From an uncultured Lachnospiraceae bacterium (GTDB taxonomy: Bacteria > Bacillota > Clostridia > Lachnospirales > Lachnospiraceae), in assembly GCA_946621195.1 (NCBI GenBank), contig CAMOOH010000001.1:1065-65064 (forward strand): DNA of 64,000 bases, read 5' to 3'. Below are positions 1-10,405 of this stretch, piece by piece. The position numbers were made by a program, and so were the translations under genes. The notes beneath the pieces are model-generated. The model ran no database searches and was not told the origin of the DNA. It saw only the letters and a list, made by a program, of their open reading frames with translations. Within the stretch, counting starts at the first letter, position 1, and every line of letters begins with the position of its first letter.

Positions 1-266
1 AGGATGTGATCTCCGAGATAAAAACACTGCCCCACGTATACGATGTTTCATACGACGAGAGCAAGCTTATCATATACTGCTCGGGCGGAAGACACAACCT
101 GATACGAGCGCTGAACGTGCTTCAGGAAAGGGATATAAGCTTCGGACATGTCTACTCCGAGAAGCCAACCCTCAACGATGTATTCCTCGAGATCACGGGC
201 AAGGAGCTCAGAGATAAAAATGAAGAGACAAATACTGATACGGATAACAAAAAATCAAAAAGATAG
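1..266 (+). CDS. ABC transporter ATP-binding protein, C-terminal fragment (5' end outside window)
   Basis: The frame is open from the window edge to the stop at 264-266. The tail KPTLNDVFLEITGKELRD resembles the C-terminal end of ABC-2/DrrA-type ATPases. Two ABC-2-type permease genes follow directly. Confidence 0.6.
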   Translation, partial: DVISEIKTLPHVYDVSYDESKLIIYCSGGRHNLIRALNVLQERDISFGHVYSEKPTLNDVFLEITGKELRDKNEETNTDTDNKKSKR

Positions 267-275
267 CATGGAGGG

Positions 276-1499
276 ATGGCAATGTTTTTACATAATCTGA
301 AATATGAGATCATAACATCTCTTCGCGCAAGAGATCTGATCATATGGCTGATGATATTTCCCATCATACTCGGGACATTTTTCAAGATAGCCTTCGGCAG
401 TATGTATGAGAAGGATTCGTTATTCAAGACAATAAATGTAGCCATAGTGGAAAATCAGGTATCTACGGCTTTTAACGAAACAATAAAGCAGATAGAAAAA
501 AATGACGATCCGCTACTGAAAGCTGTCTATACGGATGAAAAGGATGCCATGACAAAGCTTGAAAATAAGGATGTGGACGGCATTATATATGTTGATAAAA
601 AAGAAGAAGCAATCAGCGATACAGACGATCCGGCTGCCGGTGGCTTATCCGACATGTTAACCGAAAGCCTCGGTATGAGTGAAACCAATCTGTCTCTAAA
701 GATTGCTTCAAACGGCATGAACTCAACGATCCTGAAAAAATTCATAGAGCGATACATGCTGCAGGAACGAATAATAATAGAGACTGCCAAGACCGATCCG
801 GCCAAGATTCAGAGTGTGATAAGCGCATTTACTGAAGACATATCTTTGACCGGAAACAATCCCATGGAAGGTAAAAGCGCCGATCCGTTCCTGACTTACT
901 TTTATAACCTGATAGCCATGGTCGCCATGTTCGGTTCTGTCACGGGACTCCACATAGCCATAGCCAACCAGGCAAATCTCTCTGCTCTCGGTGCAAGACG
1001 AAACTGCTCACCTACACATAAATTAAGCGCGCTGCTTGCAGGTCTGACCGGAAGCTACTTTGCTCAGAGCGTATGTGTCATACTGTGTGTAACCTTTGAA
1101 GTGCTGGTGCTTGGCATCGACTACGGTACAAGGCTCCCGCTCGTCTATATCGCTTCCATACTCGGAGGCATATTGGGTGTATCATTTGGATTTTTCATAG
1201 GTTCCATAGGCAGCATGCGCCTTGGTCTCAAGGTCGGTATATCTATGGGTATATCCATGATCCTCTGCTTCATGAGTGGGCTTATGCTCGGAGATATGAA
1301 ACCGTTGATCGAGAAAAATGCTCCCATAGTAAATGACTTAAATCCGGTCGCACTCATATCAGACAGTATATACTATCTGAACGCTGATACAGGTTATGAC
1401 CGCTTCGTGATAAAGCTGCTGTCAATGATAGCTTTCTCAGTGATATTTGTACTGCTAGGCTTTATGCTTACAAGGAGGAAAAAATATGCAAGTATTTAA
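276..1499 (+). CDS. ABC-2 type transporter permease
   Basis: 407-aa ORF with an N-terminal TM, a ~190-aa soluble loop and a cluster of C-terminal TM segments. The SD GGAGGG at 270-275 favours the ATG at 282 over 276. Confidence 0.75.
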   Translation: MAMFLHNLKYEIITSLRARDLIIWLMIFPIILGTFFKIAFGSMYEKDSLFKTINVAIVENQVSTAFNETIKQIEKNDDPLLKAVYTDEKDAMTKLENKDVDGIIYVDKKEEAISDTDDPAAGGLSDMLTESLGMSETNLSLKIASNGMNSTILKKFIERYMLQERIIIETAKTDPAKIQSVISAFTEDISLTGNNPMEGKSADPFLTYFYNLIAMVAMFGSVTGLHIAIANQANLSALGARRNCSPTHKLSALLAGLTGSYFAQSVCVILCVTFEVLVLGIDYGTRLPLVYIASILGGILGVSFGFFIGSIGSMRLGLKVGISMGISMILCFMSGLMLGDMKPLIEKNAPIVNDLNPVALISDSIYYLNADTGYDRFVIKLLSMIAFSVIFVLLGFMLTRRKKYASI

Positions 1500-2685
1500 A
1501 TTATATCTGAAACTGTTCAGAAGTTATATACCATCATCCATGATCTATCTTGTTGTGTTTTTCTCCATAGCAATTCCTCTTTCGAAAGCAGGATCGGAAC
1601 AGCTTTCCTTCAAGGAGTCAAGCGTAAGACTTGCCGTATTTGACGAAGATAACAGCGCAGCAAGCCGCAAGTTGATAGAAAATATAGATCTTAAAAATGA
1701 TGTGACGGATATAGCAAACGATCACGATACCATCATGGATGCTCTGTACTATACAACGATAAACTATGTTATCACGATAAAAAAAGGATATGAGGATATA
1801 CTTAAAGATCCTTCCTCAACCGGAGATGATATAGCATCAGTGATCGACACCATGTATCTGTCAGAGAACTACTCCGTGACCATGATGGAGCAGTATCTCG
1901 ATGAATACATCCACTCCGTAAGAGGCTACATCGCAGGCGGAGCAACTCTCGACACGGCAATCTCATCAACTGAGGACGAACTCTCATGCGATATAGATGT
2001 CACCTACGAAACCTTCTCAAAGGACTCCTCGGCTGAGAGTGACTTCACAGAGAGCATGGCATACTTTTTCAGGTACTTGCCATATGTATTTATATCCATT
2101 CTTATAAATGCACTCGCGCCGATACTACTGACATTCAATAAAAAAGATCAGAACAATCGGATCAGATGCTCCAGTTTATCATCGACGAGCTTCTCATCAC
2201 AGCTCTTTGCGGGAACCGGTGTGATCGTATTTGCCGTATGGGCTATCTTCATGATAGGATCAATGGTGATGAACAGAGGAATACTTAACGGTGTCGCTTG
2301 GATCGCGGTGCTCAACTCTTTCCTGTTTGCTCTGATATCAGCAACCATAGCTCTGCTTGTATCGGCATTTAAACCAAGTGAGAGTGTCATCAATATGATA
2401 ACTCAGATCATAGCACTTGGAATGTGCTTTCTCTGCGGAGTGTTCGTTCCGCAATCGGTGCTGGGCGACGGTGTCCTGGCTGCAGCTAAGTTTCTCCCTG
2501 CATACTGGTATACCAGAGCCAATGATACTCTCTGCGGTATGAACACCTTTGATATAGGTGAGATATGGATGTGCATAGGAGTGGAGTTCGGATTTCTCAT
2601 TCTGCTTGTGATCACAACGATGACCGTAAACAAGATCATGTCAAACACCGGTCGTTCCAAGGCCTCCGGCAGAGCTGTAGGCTGA
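1486..2685 (+). CDS. ABC-2 type transporter permease (second subunit)
   Basis: 399-aa ORF that overlaps the upstream gene by 14 nt. GGAGGA lies 7 nt upstream of the ATG. Topology matches the preceding permease. Confidence 0.75.
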   Translation: MQVFKLYLKLFRSYIPSSMIYLVVFFSIAIPLSKAGSEQLSFKESSVRLAVFDEDNSAASRKLIENIDLKNDVTDIANDHDTIMDALYYTTINYVITIKKGYEDILKDPSSTGDDIASVIDTMYLSENYSVTMMEQYLDEYIHSVRGYIAGGATLDTAISSTEDELSCDIDVTYETFSKDSSAESDFTESMAYFFRYLPYVFISILINALAPILLTFNKKDQNNRIRCSSLSSTSFSSQLFAGTGVIVFAVWAIFMIGSMVMNRGILNGVAWIAVLNSFLFALISATIALLVSAFKPSESVINMITQIIALGMCFLCGVFVPQSVLGDGVLAAAKFLPAYWYTRANDTLCGMNTFDIGEIWMCIGVEFGFLILLVITTMTVNKIMSNTGRSKASGRAVG

Positions 2686-2738
2686 GCATGACGAGAGTGT
2701 CGAGAGTGTCGATGCGATCACTGCATCCCCCTGACCAC

Positions 2739-2767
2739 TTGACAATAAGTATCAGAATTGATATCAT
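2739..2767 (+). promoter_or_regulatory. Candidate sigma-A promoter TTGACA-17-TATCAT immediately upstream of the kinase gene
   Basis: TTGACA at 2739-2744, a 17-nt spacer and TATCAT at 2762-2767. The kinase ATG at 2777 begins 10 nt after the -10 element. Confidence 0.45.
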
Positions 2768-2776
2768 GGGTAACAT

Positions 2777-3904
2777 ATGGACAGACTATATGAGATAATA
2801 GCCATATCACTTCTCTGTCTGATAGGCGTAAGCTTATCAGACAGTTTTGTTGCGCCCGTGATCGTATTTATCATATCGATCACTCTTATCTCGCTGGCAG
2901 GCTACTTCGGAAAACCTGTATCATATGTTATCATAGTCGTACTGTCTCTTTCCTGCGGTATCATGCCTTTATTTTTCTGTATGGTTCCCATGATCATGTA
3001 CGTTGCGCTTTGGGAAAAAAAGTGGTATCTCGTCACTCCTTCGCTGCTTGCGTTTCGTATGATTGATTCCTTTTCCACGAACTCAATGGTCACCGAACCG
3101 GATATGACAAATCTGCTTCAGGATATGATGAAACCACTTTCCGGAATACAGTATCTGATCGGACTTATGGGTGCCGTGATATCCGTCATACTGTACATAA
3201 GGATTTCAAATGTAGATATAGCCAATGCCAAGCTAAGAGAACTTCGTGATGAGATCTCCGAGAAAAACGAGATCCTGAAATCTCAAAACAAAAAACTAAT
3301 GGAAGCACAGAACGACGAGATAAACCTTGCCACCATGAAGGAACGAAATCGCATCGCAAGAGAGATCCATGACAATGTCGGGCATATGCTCACAAGATCA
3401 CTGCTTCAGACCGGTGCACTTAAGATTGCAAACAAGGATGAATCCCTGAGGGAACCGATAGAGGAGCTCCACAGCACACTTGATCACGCCATGACAAGTA
3501 TCAGAAAAAGTGTACACGATCTGCATGATGATTCCATTGATCTCAAAAGCCTTATATATGAGTGCACCGAGCCTGCAAAGGATCGCTTCAACGTCGATAT
3601 TGAGTACAAGCTTGATCCACACATACCGACTGCGATCAGGCTTTGTATGGCGGGCATCGTGAAGGAAGCGGTATCCAACGCGATACGTCACTCGGACGGA
3701 GATGTGTTGAGCATAGGAGCCTACAGTGAGCCGTCCTCATACAACCTCAGGATAAAGGACAACGGCTCCAAAACGGATATAAAAAATACGGGGATCGGGC
3801 TTGCAAATATGCGCGAGCGTGCCAGAGAGGCAGGCGGCACGCTTAAGATAGTATCCGATGACACAGGCTTTGGGGTCGATCTGTTCATTCCGATCGTCAA
3901 ATAA
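2777..3904 (+). CDS. Sensor histidine kinase, HisKA_3 (DesK/LiaS/NarX-like) family
   Basis: Polytopic N-terminus, a coiled coil, the H-box ERNRIAREIHDNVGHMLT, the N-box KEAVSNAIRHS and the G-box GIGLANMRERA. Confidence 0.85.
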   Translation: MDRLYEIIAISLLCLIGVSLSDSFVAPVIVFIISITLISLAGYFGKPVSYVIIVVLSLSCGIMPLFFCMVPMIMYVALWEKKWYLVTPSLLAFRMIDSFSTNSMVTEPDMTNLLQDMMKPLSGIQYLIGLMGAVISVILYIRISNVDIANAKLRELRDEISEKNEILKSQNKKLMEAQNDEINLATMKERNRIAREIHDNVGHMLTRSLLQTGALKIANKDESLREPIEELHSTLDHAMTSIRKSVHDLHDDSIDLKSLIYECTEPAKDRFNVDIEYKLDPHIPTAIRLCMAGIVKEAVSNAIRHSDGDVLSIGAYSEPSSYNLRIKDNGSKTDIKNTGIGLANMRERAREAGGTLKIVSDDTGFGVDLFIPIVK

Positions 3905-3943
3905 ACCGCTTCAAATCAAATATCAACCTTCATGGAGGAGTAT

Positions 3944-4570
3944 ATGAATATAGTTGTGATCGATGATGACAAGCTGGTCGCGCTGTCACTGAAAACAATA
4001 CTTGAAAGCACGGAGGGTATATCCGTGTCAGCCATGGGAGAATCCGGCGAGGACGCGATAAGGCTTTATGATGAGCTTAACCCCGATATCATACTTATGG
4101 ATATAAGGATGGACGGTATGACGGGACTCGATGCCGGCGTAAAAATAAGGGAGGCTCACCCCGATGCCAGGATACTCTACCTCACGACCTTCTCTGATGA
4201 TGAGTATATCATCAGAGCTCTCAATATCGGAGCCAAGGGCTACATACTTAAGCAAAACTACGAAGGGATACCCGCGGCACTCGAAGCCGTGATGAACGGT
4301 CAGTCCGTATTCGGAGATATGGTCAGAGAGAAGCTTCCCGAGCTTGTCGCTACGGATAACCCCTCCTTTGATTTTGCCGCCCACGATATAAGCGAGAGGG
4401 AGCAAAGGATCATAGAGGCTGTAGCTAGGGGACTCAATAACAGGGAAATAGCAGAGACTCTTTTCTTAAGCGAGGGAACAGTCAGAAACTATATAAGCAC
4501 TCTTCTTGACAAGCTTGATCTGCGCGATCGCACACAGCTAGCTATCTTTTATTACACCGAGATCCTCTGA
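3944..4570 (+). CDS. Response regulator, NarL/LuxR family
   Basis: Receiver motifs VVIDDD and LMDIRMDGMTG, plus a C-terminal LuxR HTH (REIAETLFLSEGTVRNYISTLLDKL). GGAGGAG lies 4 nt upstream of the ATG at 3944, so I prefer it to the track start at 3932. Confidence 0.9.
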   Translation: MNIVVIDDDKLVALSLKTILESTEGISVSAMGESGEDAIRLYDELNPDIILMDIRMDGMTGLDAGVKIREAHPDARILYLTTFSDDEYIIRALNIGAKGYILKQNYEGIPAALEAVMNGQSVFGDMVREKLPELVATDNPSFDFAAHDISEREQRIIEAVARGLNNREIAETLFLSEGTVRNYISTLLDKLDLRDRTQLAIFYYTEIL

Positions 4571-4579
4571 AAGAACGCT

Positions 4580-4618
4580 GCCGCCGGTCAGCCTTGGCTG
4601 ACCGGCGGCTCTGCGATA
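4580..4618. repeat. GC-rich hairpin repeat element, copy A (second copy at 26077-26124)
   Basis: Perfect hairpin CCGCCGGTCAG-CCTTGG-CTGACCGGCGG. The blocks GCCGCCGGTCAGC and CGGCGGCTCTGCGATA are identical to those at 26077-26089 and 26109-26124. Confidence 0.8.
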
Positions 4619-4624
4619 AATAAC

Positions 4625-4668
4625 AAAAAACAGGGAAACACCTAAGCCCTTGGCGTTTCCCTGTTTTT
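4625..4668. terminator. Bidirectional intrinsic terminator between the response regulator (+) and glgP (-)
   Basis: Stem CAGGGAAAC...GTTTCCCTG (4631-4663) is flanked by an A6 run upstream and a T5 run downstream. The flanking genes are convergent. Confidence 0.75.
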
Positions 4669-4688
4669 CTTATTATACCATAAAACCC

Positions 4689-7157
4689 TTACAGCACTAC
4701 CTTGTCAAGGTGCCAGATATCATCCACATACTCCTGGATGGTACGGTCAGACGAGAACTTGCCGACCTTGGCGACCTGAGTCATAGCCATCTTCGCCCAT
4801 CTCTTTTCGTCGCGGTAAGCCTTCTCGACCTTCTTCTGGGCTTCCTCGTATGAGCGGAAATCCTTAAGGATGAAATACTGATCCGCAGGAGTCTGTCCGT
4901 CCTTTTCCAGCAGGGAGTTATACAGTTCCCTAAAAAGCTCCGGATCCTGACGGGAATAGGTCCCGTCGATAAGCTGTGTAAGCACCGCTCTCACATCCGG
5001 ATCCATATTGTAGATGTCTCGCGGATTATACTGATTGTTGTGCTCATACGCGATGACCTCCTCGGATGAGAGACCGAATATAAATGCGTTGTCCTCGCCA
5101 ACCTCCTCGACGATCTCGACGTTGGCACCGTCCATCGTTCCGAGAGTCGGAGCACCGTTTAGCATGAACTTCATGTTACCCGTACCCGATGCCTCCTTGG
5201 AAGCAGTGGATATCTGCTCGGATACATCGGCAGCCGCGAAGATGAGCTCCGCATTGGATACACGGTAGTTCTCTATAAATACGACCTTTATTCTTCCCTT
5301 GATAGCGGGATCGTCGTTGATCACATCACCCACGCTGTTGATAAGCTTGATGATCGCCTTTGCACGTCTGTAGCCTGCCGACGCCTTCGCACCGAATATA
5401 AATGTCCTCGGGTAAAAATCCATGTTGGGATTTTTCTTAAGGAGATTGTAAAGGTGCATGATGTGAAGGATGTTGAGGAGCTGTCTCTTGTACTCGTGGA
5501 GACGCTTTACCTGCACATCGAAGATAGACCTCGGATCTACCTCTATACCGTTGTGATTCTTGATATATTCAGCCAGACGGAGCTTGTTCTGATACTTGAT
5601 ATTCATAAACTCCTGCTGGCTCTTTTCATCATCAAGGAAAACAGAGAGCTTTTCCATGTGGGAGAGATTCGTGATCCACTCATCGCCGATCTTGTTCGTG
5701 ACCCACTCGGCGAGCTTTGGATTGCCGTGCAGCAAAAATCTTCTCTGTGTAATACCGTTGGTCTTGTTGTTGAACTTCTCCGGCATCATCTGGTAGAAGT
5801 CCTTGAGCTCCTGATTTTTGAGGATCTCCGTGTGAAGCCTTGCAACACCGTTTACCGAGAAGCCCGCTACGATTGCAAGGTGAGCCATCTTGACCTGACC
5901 GTCATATACAATTGCCATCTTGCGGACCTTCTCCATATCTCCGGGATACTTCTCCTGTATCTTTAAGATAAATCTTCTGTTGATCTCCTCAGTGATCTGA
6001 TATATACGCGGAAGGAGTCTTGAGAAAAGCTCGAGCGGCCATTTTTCAAGAGCCTCCGACATAATAGTGTGGTTCGTATATGCACAGGTCTTTGAGGTGA
6101 TCTCCCAAGCCTCATCCCACTCGAGATTGTACTCATCGAGAAGTATACGCATGAGCTCCGGTATCGTGACCGTCGGGTGGGTATCGTTTAGCTGGAAGCA
6201 TACCTTCTCCGGAAGTCCGTGAATGTCGCTGTGCTTTTCCATGTACTTGGAAACCGCACGCTGCACACTCGCCGACACGAAGAAATACTGCTGCTTCAGG
6301 CGAAGTTCCTTGCCCGCGTAGTGATTGTCGTTGGGATAGAGCACCTCACATATGGTACGGGCGAGGTTCTGCTGCTCTACCGCCTTCTGATAATCACCCT
6401 TGTCAAAATGATCGAGGTTGAAATCATCTATCGCCTCGGCATCCCATATACGAAGCGTATTTACAATATGATTGCCGTAGCCTACTACAGGCAGATCATA
6501 CGGTACAGCCATGACAGACTGGTAATCTTCCTGGAAGAACTTGTCTCTTCCGGTCTTCTCATCCTTTCTTACAGCCACATATCCCCCGAAGCGGACCTCT
6601 ACCGAGTACTCCGGTCTCTTGATCTCAAACGGGTTGCGATCCTTCAGCCAGTCATCCGGCGCCTCGATCTGGAATCCGTCCCTGATCTCCTGCTTGAACA
6701 TTCCATACTTGTAGCGGATACCGCAGCCGTAGGCGGGATATCCAAGAGTTGAGAGCGAGTCAAGGAAGCAGGCTGCAAGTCGTCCGAGTCCTCCGTTTCC
6801 AAGCGCTGCATCCGGCTCCTCGTCCTCGAGTACATCCAGATCGACTCCCATCTCTTCAAGTACCTCGCGTACTATCTTGTCCTCCTTGAGGTTGATGATG
6901 ATATTGCCAAGCGCCCTTCCCATCAAAAACTCCATGGACAGATAGTAAACTGTCTTTACATCGTCCTTGTCATACTTCTTGTGCGTTGCCATCCAGTCAT
7001 CCACGACCACATCCTTCATCGCAAATGCCACTGCCTGAAACAACTGCTGGGAGTTCGCATCCTCAACGGATTTGCGGAACAGAAGCTTCATATAGTTCTC
7101 TATATCCTTCTTCAACTCCTCTTTTCTCTCACTGTCCGTCATAACTTTTTTTGCCAT
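4689..7157 (-). CDS. glgP: Glycogen/alpha-glucan phosphorylase
   Basis: About 820 aa with the PLP-site motif EASGTGNMKFMLNGA and family-typical blocks throughout. The SD AGGAAAGGA precedes the ATG at 7157 (MAKKVMTD), so I treat the track start at 7187 as an extension. Confidence 0.93.
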   Translation of the reverse strand: MAKKVMTDSERKEELKKDIENYMKLLFRKSVEDANSQQLFQAVAFAMKDVVVDDWMATHKKYDKDDVKTVYYLSMEFLMGRALGNIIINLKEDKIVREVLEEMGVDLDVLEDEEPDAALGNGGLGRLAACFLDSLSTLGYPAYGCGIRYKYGMFKQEIRDGFQIEAPDDWLKDRNPFEIKRPEYSVEVRFGGYVAVRKDEKTGRDKFFQEDYQSVMAVPYDLPVVGYGNHIVNTLRIWDAEAIDDFNLDHFDKGDYQKAVEQQNLARTICEVLYPNDNHYAGKELRLKQQYFFVSASVQRAVSKYMEKHSDIHGLPEKVCFQLNDTHPTVTIPELMRILLDEYNLEWDEAWEITSKTCAYTNHTIMSEALEKWPLELFSRLLPRIYQITEEINRRFILKIQEKYPGDMEKVRKMAIVYDGQVKMAHLAIVAGFSVNGVARLHTEILKNQELKDFYQMMPEKFNNKTNGITQRRFLLHGNPKLAEWVTNKIGDEWITNLSHMEKLSVFLDDEKSQQEFMNIKYQNKLRLAEYIKNHNGIEVDPRSIFDVQVKRLHEYKRQLLNILHIMHLYNLLKKNPNMDFYPRTFIFGAKASAGYRRAKAIIKLINSVGDVINDDPAIKGRIKVVFIENYRVSNAELIFAAADVSEQISTASKEASGTGNMKFMLNGAPTLGTMDGANVEIVEEVGEDNAFIFGLSSEEVIAYEHNNQYNPRDIYNMDPDVRAVLTQLIDGTYSRQDPELFRELYNSLLEKDGQTPADQYFILKDFRSYEEAQKKVEKAYRDEKRWAKMAMTQVAKVGKFSSDRTIQEYVDDIWHLDKVVL

Positions 7158-7199
7158 AATCACTATCCTTTCCTGACCGTAATCCATATATCTGGACGA

Positions 7200-10100
7200 T
7201 CAAACCTTTTTTGTTGCCAGCTTCACATCTTCGCCGTTTATCTTCCATTCCTTTATATTGCCATCCAAGGCACCATACACGACCTCGCTTGCAAGCACCT
7301 CATGTGAGATAAGCTCTTCATTTTTCTTAAAAATATCTGCGAGCTTATCGTTGCCGTCAAGGTATACACAGATATGATCCATGACCTCATAATCAGCTTC
7401 CTTGCGCATGGTCTGTATCTTCGATATCAGCTCTCTGACAAAGCCCTCCTCTATCAGCTCCTCGGAGAGATCGGTGTCGATGACGACCGTTATACCGCGA
7501 TCTGTCTCCGATACAAAGCTTTCCATCTGCTTGGACTCTATCACAAGATCCTCTCTCGATATGTATTCATCGAGCCCGTCAAGACTGATCTTTAGCTCAT
7601 TTTTCTCGTTCAGCTCTGCCATTGCAGCGTTGCCGTCAAGTCCTGCAAGTATGTCCTTTACGGTATTTATATTGCTGCCGAAGCGCTTGCCAAGGGTCTT
7701 GAAATTCGGCTTGATCATATAGTCGGTGAAGTCTCCCACATCGTCTGTGAGTATGACCTCCTTGACGTTGAGCTCATCGGCTATGATATCAATATAAAAA
7801 TCGGAGAGCTCCTTATCAGCCTTCACATATATCCTTCCTATCGGCTGACGGTTTTTGATGTTGGCGGTGTTTCTCGCCGCACGCCCGAGCACCACGATCT
7901 GCAGAAGCTCTTCCATCTGTGCTTCAAGCTCTGTGTCTATATACTCCCTTTTTACCTCCGGGAAGTCACACAGATGTATGGACTCCGGTGTATCCTTGTC
8001 AAGCTCTCTGACAAGGTTCTGGTATATGCTCTCTGTCATGAACGGGATCATGGGTGCCGCTGCCTTCGATATCTCGACCAGCGCGGTATACAGGGTCATA
8101 TAAGCATTTATCTTGTCCTGCTCCATGCCCTTTGCCCAGAATCTCTCTCTGGAGCGTCTGACATACCAGTTGCTCATCTGCTCAACGAACTCCTGAAGAG
8201 CCTTGGCAGTCTCCGGTATGCGGTAGTTCATCAGATTGTCATCGACTGTCTCTATCGTCGAGTACAGCTTTGACAAAAGCCATTTATCTATCACGGCAAG
8301 CTTGTCATATTCAAGCTTATACTTTGTCGCATCGAAGTCATCTATATTGGCGTAGAGCACGAAAAATGCGTACGTGTTCCAGAGCGTTCCCATGAACTTG
8401 CGCTGTCCCTCGGTGACAGCCTTGCCGTGGAAACGGTTGGGCAGCCAGGGCGCCGAATTTATATAAAAATACCATCTTATCGCGTCCGCGCCATAGGTTC
8501 CGAGTGCCTCCATCGGATCGACGGCATTTCCCTTTGACTTGCTCATCTTCTGTCCGTTCTCATCCTGGACATGACCCAAAACTATGACATTCTCGTACGG
8601 CGCTTTGTTGAAAAGAAGCGTCGACTCAGCAAGCAGTGAGTAAAACCATCCTCTCGTCTGATCCACCGCCTCGGAGATGAACTGAGCGGGGAACTGCTGC
8701 TCAAAAAGCTCCTTGTTCTCAAAGGGATAGTGATGCTGTGCAAAGGGCATCGCTCCGGAATCAAACCAGCAGTCGATAACCTCCGGCACCCTCCTCATGG
8801 TCTTGCCGCACTTCGGGCACTTACAGGTGATCTCATCTATATACGGGCGGTGAAGCTCTACCTTGGCTGCCCCCGGATCACCTGATTTTTCAGCAAGCTC
8901 AGCCCTGCTGCCTATGGATATCTGCTCGCCGCACTCCTCGCACTCCCAGATGTTGAGAGGAGTTCCCCAGTAGCGGTTACGCGAAACAGCCCAGTCCTGG
9001 ATATTCTCCAGCCAGTCACCGAATCTTCCCGATCCTATGGACTCGGGGATCCAGTTGATAGTCTTGTTGTTGGCGATGAGATCGTCACGCACCTTGGTCA
9101 TCTCGATATACCATGACTCTCTTGCATAGTATATGAGCGGAGTATCGCATCTCCAGCAGTAGGGATAATCGTGCTCAAACTTCGGAGCGGAAAACAATAG
9201 TCCCCCGGCATCGAGATCCTTAAGCACCATCGGGTCCGCCTTCTTGACAAATACGCCCGCATACGGCGTCTCCTCGGTAAGATTTCCCTTGTCATCGACA
9301 AACTGTACAAACGGAAGGTCGTATTTTCTTCCCACCTTGGCATCGTCCTCACCAAACGCGGGAGCGATATGTACGATACCCGTACCATCTGTCATGGTTA
9401 CATACGAGTCGCAGGTGATGTAGTGACCCTTCTTGTGCTGCTTCTCACACACAGGCTCTACAAAGTCAAATAACGGCTCGTACTCCTTCCTTTCAAGATC
9501 GGTCCCCTTGAAGGACTCGAGCACCTCGTACGCGCGCCCGTCCTGTGCGTCGAACTTCTCGGTCAGAGGTCCCAGCACTGTATCAAGCAGCGCCTTGGCC
9601 ATGTAATATGTATAACCGTCTATAGCCTTTACCTTGCAATAGGTCTCGTCCGGATTCACACAAAGTGCCACGTTTGAGGGCAGTGTCCACGGAGTCGTCG
9701 TCCATGCCAGGAAATACGCATCCTCTCCCCTGACCTTGAAGCGCACTATCGCCGAACGCTCCTTGACAAGCTTATAGCCCTGAGCCACCTCGTGTGAGGA
9801 AAGAGGCGTTCCGCATCGCGGACAGTAGGGAACTATCTTGAAGCCCTTGTAGAGAAGTCCCTTGTCCCAGATCTCCTTGAGCGCCCACCACTCGGATTCT
9901 ATGAAATCATCGTGATATGTGACATAAGGGTTCTCCATGTCAGCCCAAAAGCCAACGACATCCGAGAACTCCTCCCACATGCCCTTATACTTCCACACGC
10001 TTTCCTTGCACTTGTCTATAAACGGTGCAAGTCCGTACTCCTCGATCTGCTCCTTGCCATCGAGTCCCAGAGCCTTCTCGACCTCAAGCTCGACCGGAAG

Positions 10101-10367
10101 TCCGTGGGTGTCCCAACCCGCCTTGCGCGGTACCTTGTACCCCTTCATGGTACGGTATCTCGGGATCATATCCTTGATGACACGCGTCAGCACATGTCCG
10201 ATATGCGGCTTTCCGTTGGCTGTCGGCGGACCGTCATAGAACATATAGCTCGGAGCATCCTCTCTAAGCTCTATACTCTTTTTAAAAATGTCATTCTCCC
10301 GCCAATAATTCTCGATCTCTTTTTCTCTTTCGACGAAGTTCATATCCGTCGTGACCTTTTTGTACAT
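7200..10367 (-). CDS. ileS: Isoleucine--tRNA ligase (long, type-2-like form)
   Basis: HIGH motif (PHIGHVLT), KMSKSKGN, the CP1 editing region and a length of ~1055 aa. GGAGGA lies 7 nt upstream of the ATG at 10367. Confidence 0.95.
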   Translation of the reverse strand: MYKKVTTDMNFVEREKEIENYWRENDIFKKSIELREDAPSYMFYDGPPTANGKPHIGHVLTRVIKDMIPRYRTMKGYKVPRKAGWDTHGLPVELEVEKALGLDGKEQIEEYGLAPFIDKCKESVWKYKGMWEEFSDVVGFWADMENPYVTYHDDFIESEWWALKEIWDKGLLYKGFKIVPYCPRCGTPLSSHEVAQGYKLVKERSAIVRFKVRGEDAYFLAWTTTPWTLPSNVALCVNPDETYCKVKAIDGYTYYMAKALLDTVLGPLTEKFDAQDGRAYEVLESFKGTDLERKEYEPLFDFVEPVCEKQHKKGHYITCDSYVTMTDGTGIVHIAPAFGEDDAKVGRKYDLPFVQFVDDKGNLTEETPYAGVFVKKADPMVLKDLDAGGLLFSAPKFEHDYPYCWRCDTPLIYYARESWYIEMTKVRDDLIANNKTINWIPESIGSGRFGDWLENIQDWAVSRNRYWGTPLNIWECEECGEQISIGSRAELAEKSGDPGAAKVELHRPYIDEITCKCPKCGKTMRRVPEVIDCWFDSGAMPFAQHHYPFENKELFEQQFPAQFISEAVDQTRGWFYSLLAESTLLFNKAPYENVIVLGHVQDENGQKMSKSKGNAVDPMEALGTYGADAIRWYFYINSAPWLPNRFHGKAVTEGQRKFMGTLWNTYAFFVLYANIDDFDATKYKLEYDKLAVIDKWLLSKLYSTIETVDDNLMNYRIPETAKALQEFVEQMSNWYVRRSRERFWAKGMEQDKINAYMTLYTALVEISKAAAPMIPFMTESIYQNLVRELDKDTPESIHLCDFPEVKREYIDTELEAQMEELLQIVVLGRAARNTANIKNRQPIGRIYVKADKELSDFYIDIIADELNVKEVILTDDVGDFTDYMIKPNFKTLGKRFGSNINTVKDILAGLDGNAAMAELNEKNELKISLDGLDEYISREDLVIESKQMESFVSETDRGITVVIDTDLSEELIEEGFVRELISKIQTMRKEADYEVMDHICVYLDGNDKLADIFKKNEELISHEVLASEVVYGALDGNIKEWKINGEDVKLATKKV

Positions 10368-10405
10368 CTTAAGTTCCTCCCTGATATAGCTGTGAGAATA
10401 TATGA

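Noticed and set aside
2692-2712. Tandem 9-mer CGAGAGTGT x2.3 just after the ABC-2 permease stop
   Set aside because: It is too short to interpret and forms no hairpin or recognisable site. Likely a slippage duplication.
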